From the NCBI GenBank assembly GCA_905236715.1, contig CAJOMQ010000007.1, positions 3,254 to 67,253 on the forward strand: 64,000 bases of DNA. Reading direction: 5' to 3'. Both the position numbers and the translations under genes were made by a program. The stretch is from an uncultured Bacilli bacterium. GTDB taxonomy: Bacteria; Bacillota_I; Bacilli_A; RFN20; CAG-826. Positions 55,403 to 64,000 of the stretch are shown one piece after another (positions within the stretch are counted from its first letter, which is position 1; every line of letters begins with the position of its first letter). The notes under the pieces are model-generated. The model was not told the origin of the DNA. It made no database searches and saw only the letters and a program-made list of their open reading frames with translations.

Positions 55403-55426
55403 AGAAGCCCTTCGGCTTCTTTTTTA
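55403..55426 (+). terminator. Terminator after the IMPase-family gene
   Basis: The 7-bp stem is AGAAGCC-CTTC-GGCTTCT, followed by T5. Confidence 0.75.
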
Positions 55427-55440
55427 GTTAATCAAGATAA

Positions 55441-55465
55441 TAAAAAAGATTGAATAATCAATCTT
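55441..55465 (-). terminator. Terminator after tRNA-Gln
   Basis: The 8-bp stem is AAGATTGA-ATAA-TCAATCTT, with a T-run on the minus strand. Confidence 0.6.
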
Positions 55466-55477
55466 AAATTTTTCGTA

Positions 55478-55552
55478 TGGCTGGGGTGACTGGGATCGAA
55501 CCAGTGACTGGTGAATTCAGAGTCCACTGCCTTACCGCTTGGCTACACCCCA
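55478..55552 (-). tRNA. tRNA-Gln (anticodon CUG), CCA encoded
   Basis: I folded the reverse complement by hand as UGGGGUG-UA-GCC-AAGCGGUAA-GGC-A-GUGGA-CUCUGAA-UUCAC-CAGUC-ACUGG-UUCGAUC-CCAGU-CACCCCA-G-CCA. The U1:A72 pair is typical of bacterial tRNA-Gln. Confidence 0.9.
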
Positions 55553-55558
55553 ATGATA

Positions 55559-55792
55559 TTAATTTTCCGCTAAGCGAACTTCTAATACGCCAGGAACTTC
55601 TTCTTGCAAAATGATTTGCACTAATTCTTTAATATCAGCTTCCGCATAAGCGCAGCCATCGCATGCGCCCATCATGCTGACATAGACGACACCATCTTTG
55701 AATTCACGGTAGATAATATCGCCGCCATCTTTTTGTAAGAAGTGTCTAATTTTATCGATTGTTTCAATAATTAATTTCTCTGTGCTGTCCAT
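55559..55792 (-). CDS. NifU C-terminal-domain (Nfu-type) Fe-S protein
   Basis: The protein is 77 aa. It carries DGGDI and the CxxC motif GACDGCAY. Confidence 0.8.
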   Translation of the reverse strand: MDSTEKLIIETIDKIRHFLQKDGGDIIYREFKDGVVYVSMMGACDGCAYAEADIKELVQIILQEEVPGVLEVRLAEN

Positions 55793-55844
55793 AATTTTTA
55801 CCGCTAAAAGATATTAACACAATTTATCTTATTTGTTTACATTA

Positions 55845-58592
55845 TTAATCTTCTTTTTTCTTTTTAAAGAAAGATTGGAAGAAATCCTTATTAATGTAAT
55901 ACAAAATACAATAAGTCAAAGAACCCACAAATACGATTGGGGAAATGATTAAAGAAGATAAATAAGCCTTATCGCGATAAACAATTTTAATTTCATGCTC
56001 CCCGTCATTAATCTGGCTCATATCAATCGCGGTGAATATATTCCATTTCTTATAAGTTTCCATTCTTTTACCATCGACATAAACACGGAAATTATTTTCA
56101 TAAGGTAATGTGAAAATTAGATCTCTATTATCATGGTTGATTTGGCAATTCGCTTTTATACCATAACTAGCCCCTGTTTTTATAATTTTCATTTCAGGTT
56201 CATCCAATTTTATTTTGGCTAAATGATTTTCTAATATGTCGATATTTTCGGCATATAATTCTGGCCTTATTTGCTGATTATTAACATCTTTAGAAAGATA
56301 TATTTTTAATGAATGCCAATAATTATCAGATAAGGAAAAGCCTCTAATTCCCTTATGCCAATAAGAATTTTCACCAACGCGAAATCCATCGATATAAAAA
56401 GTGGCATCAAGGAGATTTTTTTCTCCTAAATAGAAATTAATGTGATTATTGATAACACCGTTATAACGGAAATCGATGGCAATATATCCACCTTTTTCAC
56501 CAGTGAGATATTTAAAACCATATTCATCTTTCGTATATGTGATATTTCCGGAAGTAGAGAAGTTATTCATTTCTAAAGGAGTGAAAATATCTTCTGATAA
56601 GCCAGAAAAAGTTTTAAATATTTGGTTTTGATATTCAAAATCATCATACCAATAAACACCTTCATGCCCATCCACGCGATGTCCTTCAGAGATATAAAAA
56701 TCATTGGTCTTATTAGCCATGAACATCAAAGATAAAGCATCGACATTTGTATATTGATATAAGTCATCCCCTAATTCTTTTTTCTCATAAGGATATTGCT
56801 TAATAAAAGTAGTGGGATTTGAATCGTAAATATTTTCATCATCATATAAATATTTGATACCCAAAAGGGTGTTGATAGAAGCGGTGCTGCCCGCGTCATA
56901 ATTTAAGAAATAGCCATTATAATGGAATCCCAATTTAGAAAGATAATTATCAACATCTTTTTTGGATGTGGAAGAAAAATGGGAAAGACCATTATAACTA
57001 TAAAAAAGTGGATTATTGTTGATTTGATTGTAATTACCAGGTCGATTAAATAATGTCTCACTACGATAAATATCGTCTTTTTCAAACATTCCTTGATATT
57101 TTAAATCTTCTTGATATGTCTCATATGTCTGATAGAAATTTGTTTTTGCATTATTGGTTTTTAAAATATTATTTTCACCACGGAAAGAAGAAATAATCGT
57201 GAGACCACATATAAGCGCGGTTAATATTTGCCCTTGATATTTGCAATTGATTTTCTTCTTTCTTAAAAGGTAATCAAGGAGCATTAATATGACCACAAAT
57301 AGGTAAATGATTAGTGAAATAACAGAGATTTGATATGTTTTCACCTCGTTTTTCAATAATTTGTTAGGCATTAATAAAATGATAGGTGAAACCACACTCA
57401 TCGTGGCCAATGGGGATAAAATACCCCAAATAGGAGTGCCTTCTCTTTGATCAATTTCTAAACCTGCTAGATAGATGAAAAAGAAAGATAAAACAAAGCC
57501 AAAACGGCCCGGGAACCAGGTTGGTTCTCTGCCCCCGTGCAACAATGCGTTAAAGACATTTGTCATTGATAACAAAGCATATATCGTAATTATTCCTAAA
57601 TATGATAGTCGGCTTTTTAAATCATATTTTTTGTTGAAGAAATACATCATCGCTAAGGCCAAAATAGTGATAGAAGCAAATATTGGTAAATATCCAAAAT
57701 TGATAGTGACTTGATTAGCCTCGCTATAACCATTTTCTAAAGCTCCCGTAAATAGCATTGGTAAATCTATTTCAAAGAATTTCGGGATGGAACCTGTGGC
57801 TTTTGTGCCACTGAAATGAGAAAAGGCCACATACCAATTGATGCTAGATATTAAACCCGCTAATAAGGAGAAGATAATAAAACGTAAGAGAAAATATAAT
57901 CGATCTTTTTTATTGCCTGTCATAGCTATTAAACGGGCTAAGAAAAATAGGACTATAAAGATGATACTTAATCCAGCGATATACCAATTAGCGATTAATG
58001 AATAAGCAAGGGCAAAAATATAAAAAGCGGGATTTTCTCTTCCTTCGATTTTTCTTAATCCTAAGATAATTAAGGGCAAGATCATCACTCCATCAAGCCA
58101 CATGAAATTGCTGATGTAAATTAAGCCATAACTCAATAACCCATAGGCTAAAGCAAGGCCGATAAAAGCGATATTATAATGCTTCCTTTCATAGACCAAT
58201 AATAAATACATAAACACTGCCCCTAATGATAATTTGATGAGGCTCGTCCATAAGACAAATAAAGGAATATCAATATCACTTATAAGTGGTAATAAATAAT
58301 TAAATGGTGAAGCTAAGTAATATGCCCAAAGAGATAAAAAATCCCCACCAATGGATTTATTAAATGAATAAACATCAATATGCCCATCATTTAATAACAT
58401 GTGCTTATAATTCATTAAATAAGTGATGTATTGGCTTTGCATGTCATAAGAGATAATGGTTTGTTTGTTATGACTAAATAAAGAAAAGCCATTGATAGCA
58501 AAAATAATCGCTAATATTAATAAACACGCACAAAAGACACACGTGGGTAATAAAAGACTTTTTAAGAAATTCTTAACTTTATCTTTATGCAT
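55845..58592 (-). CDS. YfhO-family polytopic membrane protein (putative glycosyltransferase/glycan-modifying enzyme)
   Basis: The protein is 915 aa. About 13 N-terminal TM helices are followed by a large extracytoplasmic domain and a C-terminal TM anchor. This architecture and size fit YfhO, but I verified no catalytic motif. Confidence 0.55.
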   Translation of the reverse strand: MHKDKVKNFLKSLLLPTCVFCACLLILAIIFAINGFSLFSHNKQTIISYDMQSQYITYLMNYKHMLLNDGHIDVYSFNKSIGGDFLSLWAYYLASPFNYLLPLISDIDIPLFVLWTSLIKLSLGAVFMYLLLVYERKHYNIAFIGLALAYGLLSYGLIYISNFMWLDGVMILPLIILGLRKIEGRENPAFYIFALAYSLIANWYIAGLSIIFIVLFFLARLIAMTGNKKDRLYFLLRFIIFSLLAGLISSINWYVAFSHFSGTKATGSIPKFFEIDLPMLFTGALENGYSEANQVTINFGYLPIFASITILALAMMYFFNKKYDLKSRLSYLGIITIYALLSMTNVFNALLHGGREPTWFPGRFGFVLSFFFIYLAGLEIDQREGTPIWGILSPLATMSVVSPIILLMPNKLLKNEVKTYQISVISLIIYLFVVILMLLDYLLRKKKINCKYQGQILTALICGLTIISSFRGENNILKTNNAKTNFYQTYETYQEDLKYQGMFEKDDIYRSETLFNRPGNYNQINNNPLFYSYNGLSHFSSTSKKDVDNYLSKLGFHYNGYFLNYDAGSTASINTLLGIKYLYDDENIYDSNPTTFIKQYPYEKKELGDDLYQYTNVDALSLMFMANKTNDFYISEGHRVDGHEGVYWYDDFEYQNQIFKTFSGLSEDIFTPLEMNNFSTSGNITYTKDEYGFKYLTGEKGGYIAIDFRYNGVINNHINFYLGEKNLLDATFYIDGFRVGENSYWHKGIRGFSLSDNYWHSLKIYLSKDVNNQQIRPELYAENIDILENHLAKIKLDEPEMKIIKTGASYGIKANCQINHDNRDLIFTLPYENNFRVYVDGKRMETYKKWNIFTAIDMSQINDGEHEIKIVYRDKAYLSSLIISPIVFVGSLTYCILYYINKDFFQSFFKKKKED

Positions 58593-58619
58593 AACAATAT
58601 TCTATGCTTTATTAGGCAA

Positions 58620-58650
58620 AAGAAAAAGCAGAACCAATGATGGCTCTGCT
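58620..58650 (-). terminator. Terminator after lemA
   Basis: On the minus strand the hairpin is AGCAGAGCC-ATCATT-GGTTCTGCT (one G-U pair), followed by TTTTTCTTTT. Confidence 0.65.
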
Positions 58651-58666
58651 CTCACCATTTTGTCTA

Positions 58667-59329
58667 TTAGAAGAAGACGTCTCTTGCTTTTTCTTTGATT
58701 TCCTTCGTGGTGGTAAAAGGAATACGAGTGGTATAACCACGTTTGGCGGCCATATATTGTTTGGCTGGCCATTCATAGACGGCTTTATTCCATTGATTGA
58801 CTGTATCGTTATAAACTTCACGAGCAGCGGTAATTTCTCTTTGCAAATAAGAATTTTGTTGCATCGCATCAGCGATTTCGGCATGGGATTTTAATTCCGG
58901 ATAATTTTCCATCGCGACATTAATTTTTGCATTGACCTTTTCAATCGCACTGGCGGCTTCATTTAATTTATTCGTGCCACTTCCCGCACGTAATTCCGCA
59001 ATTTTAGTGAATGTTTCTTTGTCTAAATCAATCGCTTTATCTAGTAATTTCGCGGTGTTTTGTAAAATCATTACTCTTTGTTCGAGATAATTATCAATTT
59101 GGGATGCATCGTGTTGAATCTTTTGTTGTAATTGGGATAAATATTTACCCGCGTTTACTTTGACAATGGTCCAAATGATACCACCGATAATGGGAGGTAA
59201 GAACCACATAATAATATTAAAGAATTTGGTTCCGCCACCAATGGTGATGGGAATTTGTTTATCGATAACATTAACATCTCTACCCTCTTCTCTTGGGGTT
59301 GCTGTTGTTTCATCTAATTCATTAGCCAT
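58667..59329 (-). CDS. lemA: LemA-family membrane protein
   Basis: One TM helix is followed by LemA-like helices (NYPELKSH....QREITAAREVYNDTVNQWN....WPAK). Confidence 0.8.
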   Translation of the reverse strand: MANELDETTATPREEGRDVNVIDKQIPITIGGGTKFFNIIMWFLPPIIGGIIWTIVKVNAGKYLSQLQQKIQHDASQIDNYLEQRVMILQNTAKLLDKAIDLDKETFTKIAELRAGSGTNKLNEAASAIEKVNAKINVAMENYPELKSHAEIADAMQQNSYLQREITAAREVYNDTVNQWNKAVYEWPAKQYMAAKRGYTTRIPFTTTKEIKEKARDVFF

Positions 59330-59332
59330 GAT

Positions 59333-61174
59333 TTATTCCTCCTTGTGACTAACAATATTATTTAACTCTTGACCGTTATAAGCATCAGTAGCGCTATACA
59401 AAACGGAAGAGAAAATACCTCTTTGAGATATTATAGCATTTTGCAAAACATGTGGTGATAAGAAAGCACGTAGTTTCTCGAGATTTTGCTCATATGTTTT
59501 CTTGGTATAACTAATGTTTTGAATTTCCATGGGTGTGGTTTTCTCGCAAGGAATATATTCATACCATTCCACAGGAACTTCATGCATCCTTCCATCCCCA
59601 CCCATTTTGGAAATATAGGTGACATGTCTTTCTCTATCGTATCCATAGGCATGGATATTAACGATATCGGCTTGTCCTTCTTTTTTAATTAATTCTGATT
59701 TTAAGATGATATCGGTTTTACATTCAGCGGGGGCAAATTGTTTAGGATCAAATTGATTAGCCATGACTTCTGTTTCATAGCTAGTGACATTTCTTTCATA
59801 GACATCTTTATAAATAAATTCTTTGGATTTATGTTGTTGATAAATAGGAATACAAAGTAGTGGCGCTAAATCAAAGAAGAATCCTTGAAAGAAATTATCC
59901 ATATATTTAATGAATAATTGTTGACTTATGCGGTTATCAAAATGCATGAAATTAGCGGGGTTTCCATCATAATCGGCGAGTTGAGAATGACGGCTTTTAA
60001 TATAATTAAGACATTTTCTCTTTCGGAAAATGAAATCATCGCCATAAGGTTCTTGGTTTTTTAATAATGCGAGCATACTTTTCTGCGCTAACGGAGTGAA
60101 TAATAAACGGAATTGCGTTTCATTATCACGGTCATAAGCGTGAAACAAACCTTCAAATTCACTATTAGCGAGGGGTGTGAAATTGCTGGTAGCGATTTGT
60201 TGTTCGTGCATTTCGGTTAATTCTTTCTCCGTCTTTTTCACAAATTTTGCTAAATCTTTTTCATTCATATTACTGGCTTTATTTGGTTGACGAGAAAATG
60301 ATAATCTTTCCGCAGCATCATTACCATATACGAGCCATGTATCTTTGAAATACATTGGTTTTGGTTTAGTGACGGAAGCGGTTAAAACTTGGGTATGAGT
60401 TTGATAGTGGACACCGTTTTTATCGTGATATGTCGTAGTCCATGAAATAGTGATACTTCCGGTATAGGTATAATCAGTCATATAGGTACAAAAATTTCTT
60501 TGCATTAAAAAGGGGTTTCCGAGTATTTGTCCAGATTGGACATAAATGCTCGAGATATCTTTATCAACGTTTTCTTGGAAGCCATATTTCTCGTGTAATT
60601 TATAAAATCTTTCGGGGTTGAAATTTTTATCCATTTCAATAAGAGGTGTGGTTTTATTCATCAATTCAGCGGCAATTCCCCAATCAAATGAATGGTTTAA
60701 AGACGCCATTTGTTCCCACGCTAATTGTTTATCTTGTTTTATTTCTTCTTCTAATTTAGCGATTATTTCATCTAATGCTTTAATTTTTGGTTTGATAAAA
60801 ATATGGGGGAGAATAATCGCTAATAAACCTAGAATGAAAATATTAATGCTGATGGCTAATGCCCACATAGGGACATAATCAAAATAATCAAAAGCCGCCA
60901 TTAAAGATACAATGACACCCACAACAATAAAAATAATGCCAAAGACAAGAAGGGTGGTTAACCAACCTCTTTTGCTATTTCTCTGGCTTTGATTATTTCG
61001 TGAAATCTCTTGGTTTTTATAAATCTTATCGCAAGTGATATCATTTAATTCTTTATCAGTTCCAGCTTCTTTTAAAAGATTATTAAAATAATCTTCCGCG
61101 TTCTGATGGAATTGGTCTTTTAATTGCCTCTTATAAAGAAGTTCTGGTTCTAATAAATCATTTGCGACACTCAT
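59333..61174 (-). CDS. Uncharacterised two-TM membrane protein with a ~470-aa C-terminal domain, coupled to lemA
   Basis: The architecture is a ~70-aa N-terminus, two TM helices, a coiled-coil linker and a large domain. I recognised no motifs. Its stop lies 3 nt before the lemA start. Confidence 0.5.
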   Translation of the reverse strand: MSVANDLLEPELLYKRQLKDQFHQNAEDYFNNLLKEAGTDKELNDITCDKIYKNQEISRNNQSQRNSKRGWLTTLLVFGIIFIVVGVIVSLMAAFDYFDYVPMWALAISINIFILGLLAIILPHIFIKPKIKALDEIIAKLEEEIKQDKQLAWEQMASLNHSFDWGIAAELMNKTTPLIEMDKNFNPERFYKLHEKYGFQENVDKDISSIYVQSGQILGNPFLMQRNFCTYMTDYTYTGSITISWTTTYHDKNGVHYQTHTQVLTASVTKPKPMYFKDTWLVYGNDAAERLSFSRQPNKASNMNEKDLAKFVKKTEKELTEMHEQQIATSNFTPLANSEFEGLFHAYDRDNETQFRLLFTPLAQKSMLALLKNQEPYGDDFIFRKRKCLNYIKSRHSQLADYDGNPANFMHFDNRISQQLFIKYMDNFFQGFFFDLAPLLCIPIYQQHKSKEFIYKDVYERNVTSYETEVMANQFDPKQFAPAECKTDIILKSELIKKEGQADIVNIHAYGYDRERHVTYISKMGGDGRMHEVPVEWYEYIPCEKTTPMEIQNISYTKKTYEQNLEKLRAFLSPHVLQNAIISQRGIFSSVLYSATDAYNGQELNNIVSHKEE

Positions 61175-61204
61175 AAATTAAGTATAACAAAAAAGTTGCT
61201 TTTA

Positions 61205-62068
61205 TTAAGCAACTAAATGTTTATATGCTTCTTGTGCATTTTTCATGAAATAATCAGCGACATCTAAGAAATTAAATTTGGTCGCTCTTCCCTCACCACG
61301 ATAATGTTTGATAAGAGCCACGTTATGCCACTGTAAGGAAACAAATAAGCGCCAGAGATAATATCTTCTAATTTCATCTTCGGTTTCTAAGCCACCGAAA
61401 TAAGCGGTGAGAAGTTCTCTTCCTTCCGCGACATCTCCGTTACCATATGTGGCAATATCATAGATAGGATCATTATTGCCCATAAATTCAAAATCAATAA
61501 TGTAATATTTATTTGTCTTGTCTTCTTTGATGATGTTACTTTTTTGTGCATCATTATGGCACAAGCAGAGTTCTTGTGATTCTAAATACTCTTTATTATC
61601 CATCAATAATTGACGATATTTGAGATATTCCGCACTTCTTTTTTTGATATAAGAATTAGCTTCTTTTTCATATGATTCTAATCTTCTAAAGGGGCAATAA
61701 TCAGCTTGGCATTTAATCGAGGAATTATGGAGATATTTCATGACTCCCGCGACATAATCCAAATTGATATCTTCTTTATCCATTTTATCGAGGGGTTGTC
61801 CTTTGATAAATTCATTTATCTTGATGCCTTTATCGGGATCAAAATAAACATTTTTGCTCGTTAATCCTAAATTATAGACAATCCGTTGATTATCTTTTTC
61901 TAAATAACGGTTGACCATTTCATTAGCGTGCACCGTGGGCATATAAAGAATGTATTCTTTGCGGCGATTTTCAACGATAAAAGATTCATTCATCATACCA
62001 CCCATGATTTGGTTAACGATATGAGCGTCTTTACCTAATACTTGTTTAATAATTTCATCACGTTCCAT
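61205..62068 (-). CDS. Choline/ethanolamine kinase-family phosphotransferase (LicA-like)
   Basis: The Brenner motif is LCHNDAQKSNII and the choline-kinase-like motif is IIDFEFMGNNDPIYDIA. The start is uncertain: I chose ATG 62068, while the track uses GTG 62086. Confidence 0.7.
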   Translation of the reverse strand: MERDEIIKQVLGKDAHIVNQIMGGMMNESFIVENRRKEYILYMPTVHANEMVNRYLEKDNQRIVYNLGLTSKNVYFDPDKGIKINEFIKGQPLDKMDKEDINLDYVAGVMKYLHNSSIKCQADYCPFRRLESYEKEANSYIKKRSAEYLKYRQLLMDNKEYLESQELCLCHNDAQKSNIIKEDKTNKYYIIDFEFMGNNDPIYDIATYGNGDVAEGRELLTAYFGGLETEDEIRRYYLWRLFVSLQWHNVALIKHYRGEGRATKFNFLDVADYFMKNAQEAYKHLVA

Positions 62069-62115
62069 GACTATTAATATAATCACTTTTCAAAGAAAAG
62101 ACTACAATAATGTAG

Positions 62116-62958
62116 TCAGTTTCTTACTTTTTCCAAATAGTGGAGGTGTTCCTCCATCATATTATGAACCATATCACTCACTTCTTTAGCTGGTTTACCT
62201 TCGAATTCTTCAAAAGGTATGGTACATAAGATATCGAATCTCACCTTTGTCCATTTCCAGGGAAAATTCTTATGTATTTTGTTAGTGCCTGATATCGTGG
62301 TAACCACAATCGGGCAATGGGCATGGATAGCGACGTTAAAGACACCTTCATGGAATTTACCCATTTCTAAATTCTTTTGTCTCGTTCCTTCTGGGAAAAT
62401 GCAGACACTTGTATAGTCCTCATTGATATAATTGACCATGGTTCTCATGACTTCTAAAGATTGCTCTTTATCATCACGGTCAATCGTCATATATCCTTGC
62501 GGATAACAAACTCCTTTGGTGAGAGGAATTTTCATATTAGATGGCTTCGAGATAAACGCTAGTGGGACATTTTTACCGAGCATACGGGAAATAATAAAAT
62601 TATCAAACATACTACGGTGGTTGCACACCATGAGATATTTTTGTCTCTTGGGTATTTTATTTAATCCTTTCGCTTGCGGAATGACAAATGCGTGCGCGGT
62701 GATATATGTCACACCTTCCACTAAGAGCCAACGCGCAAAAGCGCTGGGTTTTTCGCGTGGTGACTTTCTATTGACCATAATCTTTCCAGATATCGCGACA
62801 AAATTCCAAAGAATACCAAATAAGGCCACGAGATATCCTGCGAGAAATAGCACAATCGGGATATAAAAATCCCACCAGTGCTGGACTGGCCAAAAGGTCA
62901 ATGAACCAGCAACGGCTAAAGAAGATGCTATAAGCAAGCAGAATAATTCAAAATACAT
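62116..62958 (-). CDS. plsC: 1-acyl-sn-glycerol-3-phosphate acyltransferase
   Basis: Two N-terminal TM helices are present. The motifs are HxxxxD (NHRSMFD) and FPEGTR. Confidence 0.85.
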   Translation of the reverse strand: MYFELFCLLIASSLAVAGSLTFWPVQHWWDFYIPIVLFLAGYLVALFGILWNFVAISGKIMVNRKSPREKPSAFARWLLVEGVTYITAHAFVIPQAKGLNKIPKRQKYLMVCNHRSMFDNFIISRMLGKNVPLAFISKPSNMKIPLTKGVCYPQGYMTIDRDDKEQSLEVMRTMVNYINEDYTSVCIFPEGTRQKNLEMGKFHEGVFNVAIHAHCPIVVTTISGTNKIHKNFPWKWTKVRFDILCTIPFEEFEGKPAKEVSDMVHNMMEEHLHYLEKVRN

Positions 62959-62966
62959 AATTAATT

Positions 62967-63941
62967 TTATTCAGGAATGACTAATTTGATGGCCTTTGGA
63001 CAAACTTCAATATTGAATTCTTCGCCTTTAATCATTTCGCCATCGACACATAAATCGATTTCTTTAGGAGCGACCACTTTGACAGTTTTCGCTCTTCTAT
63101 AAACGACTTTCTTTTTCTTTTTGTTGAGGTGTTTACCTTTGGTGTAAGGGCCAATAAACAAACCTAAACCTAAGAAGGACATGGTTTTAATGACACAAAC
63201 ATCGATTAATCCATCGGTGTTGTTGCTCTTAGGAGCACACCAGAATTTGCCACCGACAAATTGGCCTTGGGATAATGTTGATAAAAGAATTTGTTTTTCA
63301 TTTAATTGTTCATCATCAGCATAGACAACTGTATCGTTGAAACGACCATGTTTCATAGCGTCATGATTTAAAGCATATGTATATGGATCATCTTTTTCTT
63401 TTGGTTTCGCATCGGCGGGGATACCGTGTTCTTTATAATAATTACCCATCGCCCCGACAATAGCGTCAAAACCAAAATTGATGACATTGATGGAATATAA
63501 TGGTTCTTTTAATGAAGGACCAGTAATTTTGGATAAATCAATTTCGGCAGTAGGCGCACTAATCAAGGCTTTTAAATCTTGGAATCTCTTTTCACCAGCG
63601 CGACCTTCGACGATAGTTTTATAATCTTTTGATTTAGCATAAGATTTGACAAAATCGTTTCCAGTACCAACTGGGTAAATGGCTAATTCAGCATTCGCAA
63701 ATCCGACAATAGCGTTAGCGACTTCGTGGATTGTGCCGTCGCCGCCACATGCGTATACGCGCACTATATCTTTTTCATTATCTTTTAAATATTTCTTTAA
63801 GAATGGAATGACAGATCTAGGGCCAGTAGTGGTATAGATTTCATAATCTAAACCAGCGAATACGCTATCGATTAAATTTTTAAAAGCAGCGTTATCTTTT
63901 TCATGGCCGGCTTTTTCATTCACGACTATTAAATGTTTCAT
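62967..63941 (-). CDS. Diacylglycerol kinase-family lipid kinase (DagK/YegS-like)
   Basis: Motifs are CGGDGTIHE and PVGTGNDF. Confidence 0.85.
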   Translation of the reverse strand: MKHLIVVNEKAGHEKDNAAFKNLIDSVFAGLDYEIYTTTGPRSVIPFLKKYLKDNEKDIVRVYACGGDGTIHEVANAIVGFANAELAIYPVGTGNDFVKSYAKSKDYKTIVEGRAGEKRFQDLKALISAPTAEIDLSKITGPSLKEPLYSINVINFGFDAIVGAMGNYYKEHGIPADAKPKEKDDPYTYALNHDAMKHGRFNDTVVYADDEQLNEKQILLSTLSQGQFVGGKFWCAPKSNNTDGLIDVCVIKTMSFLGLGLFIGPYTKGKHLNKKKKKVVYRRAKTVKVVAPKEIDLCVDGEMIKGEEFNIEVCPKAIKLVIPE

Positions 63942-64000
63942 ATTTTATCCTCGTTTTTCGTTATTATATCAAAGTATATAGAATATATAAAGTTAAAAAA

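Noticed and set aside
58612-58894. Overlapping 90-aa (-) and 85-aa (+) ORFs at the 3' end of lemA.
   Set aside because: They overlap the well-supported LemA reading frame and its terminator. There is no independent coding signal.
1-64000. TGA-as-tryptophan (genetic code 4), CRISPR arrays, rRNA operons, transposases, integrases and prophage genes.
   Set aside because: - Long conserved genes are intact under the standard code, and several end in TGA (for example 40620, 49952, 54612), so code 4 is unlikely.
- I saw no regularly spaced direct repeats.
- I saw no rRNA-like conserved blocks.
- No ORF has DDE, tyrosine-recombinase or serine-recombinase motifs.

Overview
This is a low-GC bacterial chromosome segment that is almost fully coding. 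It uses the standard genetic code: several long housekeeping ORFs end in TGA and none is interrupted by it. Gene content and micro-synteny match Bacillota and wall-less relatives, possibly Acholeplasma- or Erysipelotrichia-like, but that placement is inference only. The syntenic blocks are dnaD-nth, recU/gpsB/rnpB, pgsA-cinA-recA-rny-ymdB and miaB-ymcA.

The housekeeping core includes:
- sufCDSUB, mnmG-rsmG, and an FMN riboswitch with a RibU-like gene
- cmk-der-hup, recA, rny, miaB and miaA
- fhs, ychF, ispF, argS and rpoE
- an nrnA-like gene, one tRNA-Gln(CUG) and RNase P RNA

The accessory and envelope content is more unusual:
1. At 634-2880, bounded by roughly 350 and 320 nt AT-rich spacers, sits a three-gene cassette. 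It encodes an ABC/AAA_21-type ATPase, an RloB/OLD-type TOPRIM protein and a 75-aa coiled-coil ORF. This is the best candidate for a defence system.
2. At 3204-7391 is a compact phosphonate cluster: a cytidylyltransferase-PEP mutase fusion, phosphonopyruvate decarboxylase, and a LicC-like nucleotidyltransferase-Fe-alcohol dehydrogenase fusion. It predicts a nucleotide-activated 2-hydroxyethylphosphonate used for surface decoration.
3. At 8824-11240 is a SipW/Sec11-type signal peptidase flanked by two secreted proteins that share an N-terminal G-x-G-x-AAW-x-F motif.
4. Further items are tandem MacB-type ABC fusion proteins, large lipoproteins, YfhO, LemA with an uncharacterised 613-aa membrane partner, and a lipid gene block.

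I saw no rRNA, CRISPR array, transposase or integrase. All coordinates for non-ORF features were counted by hand from the printed sequence. All family assignments rest on motifs read from the translations, not on database searches.
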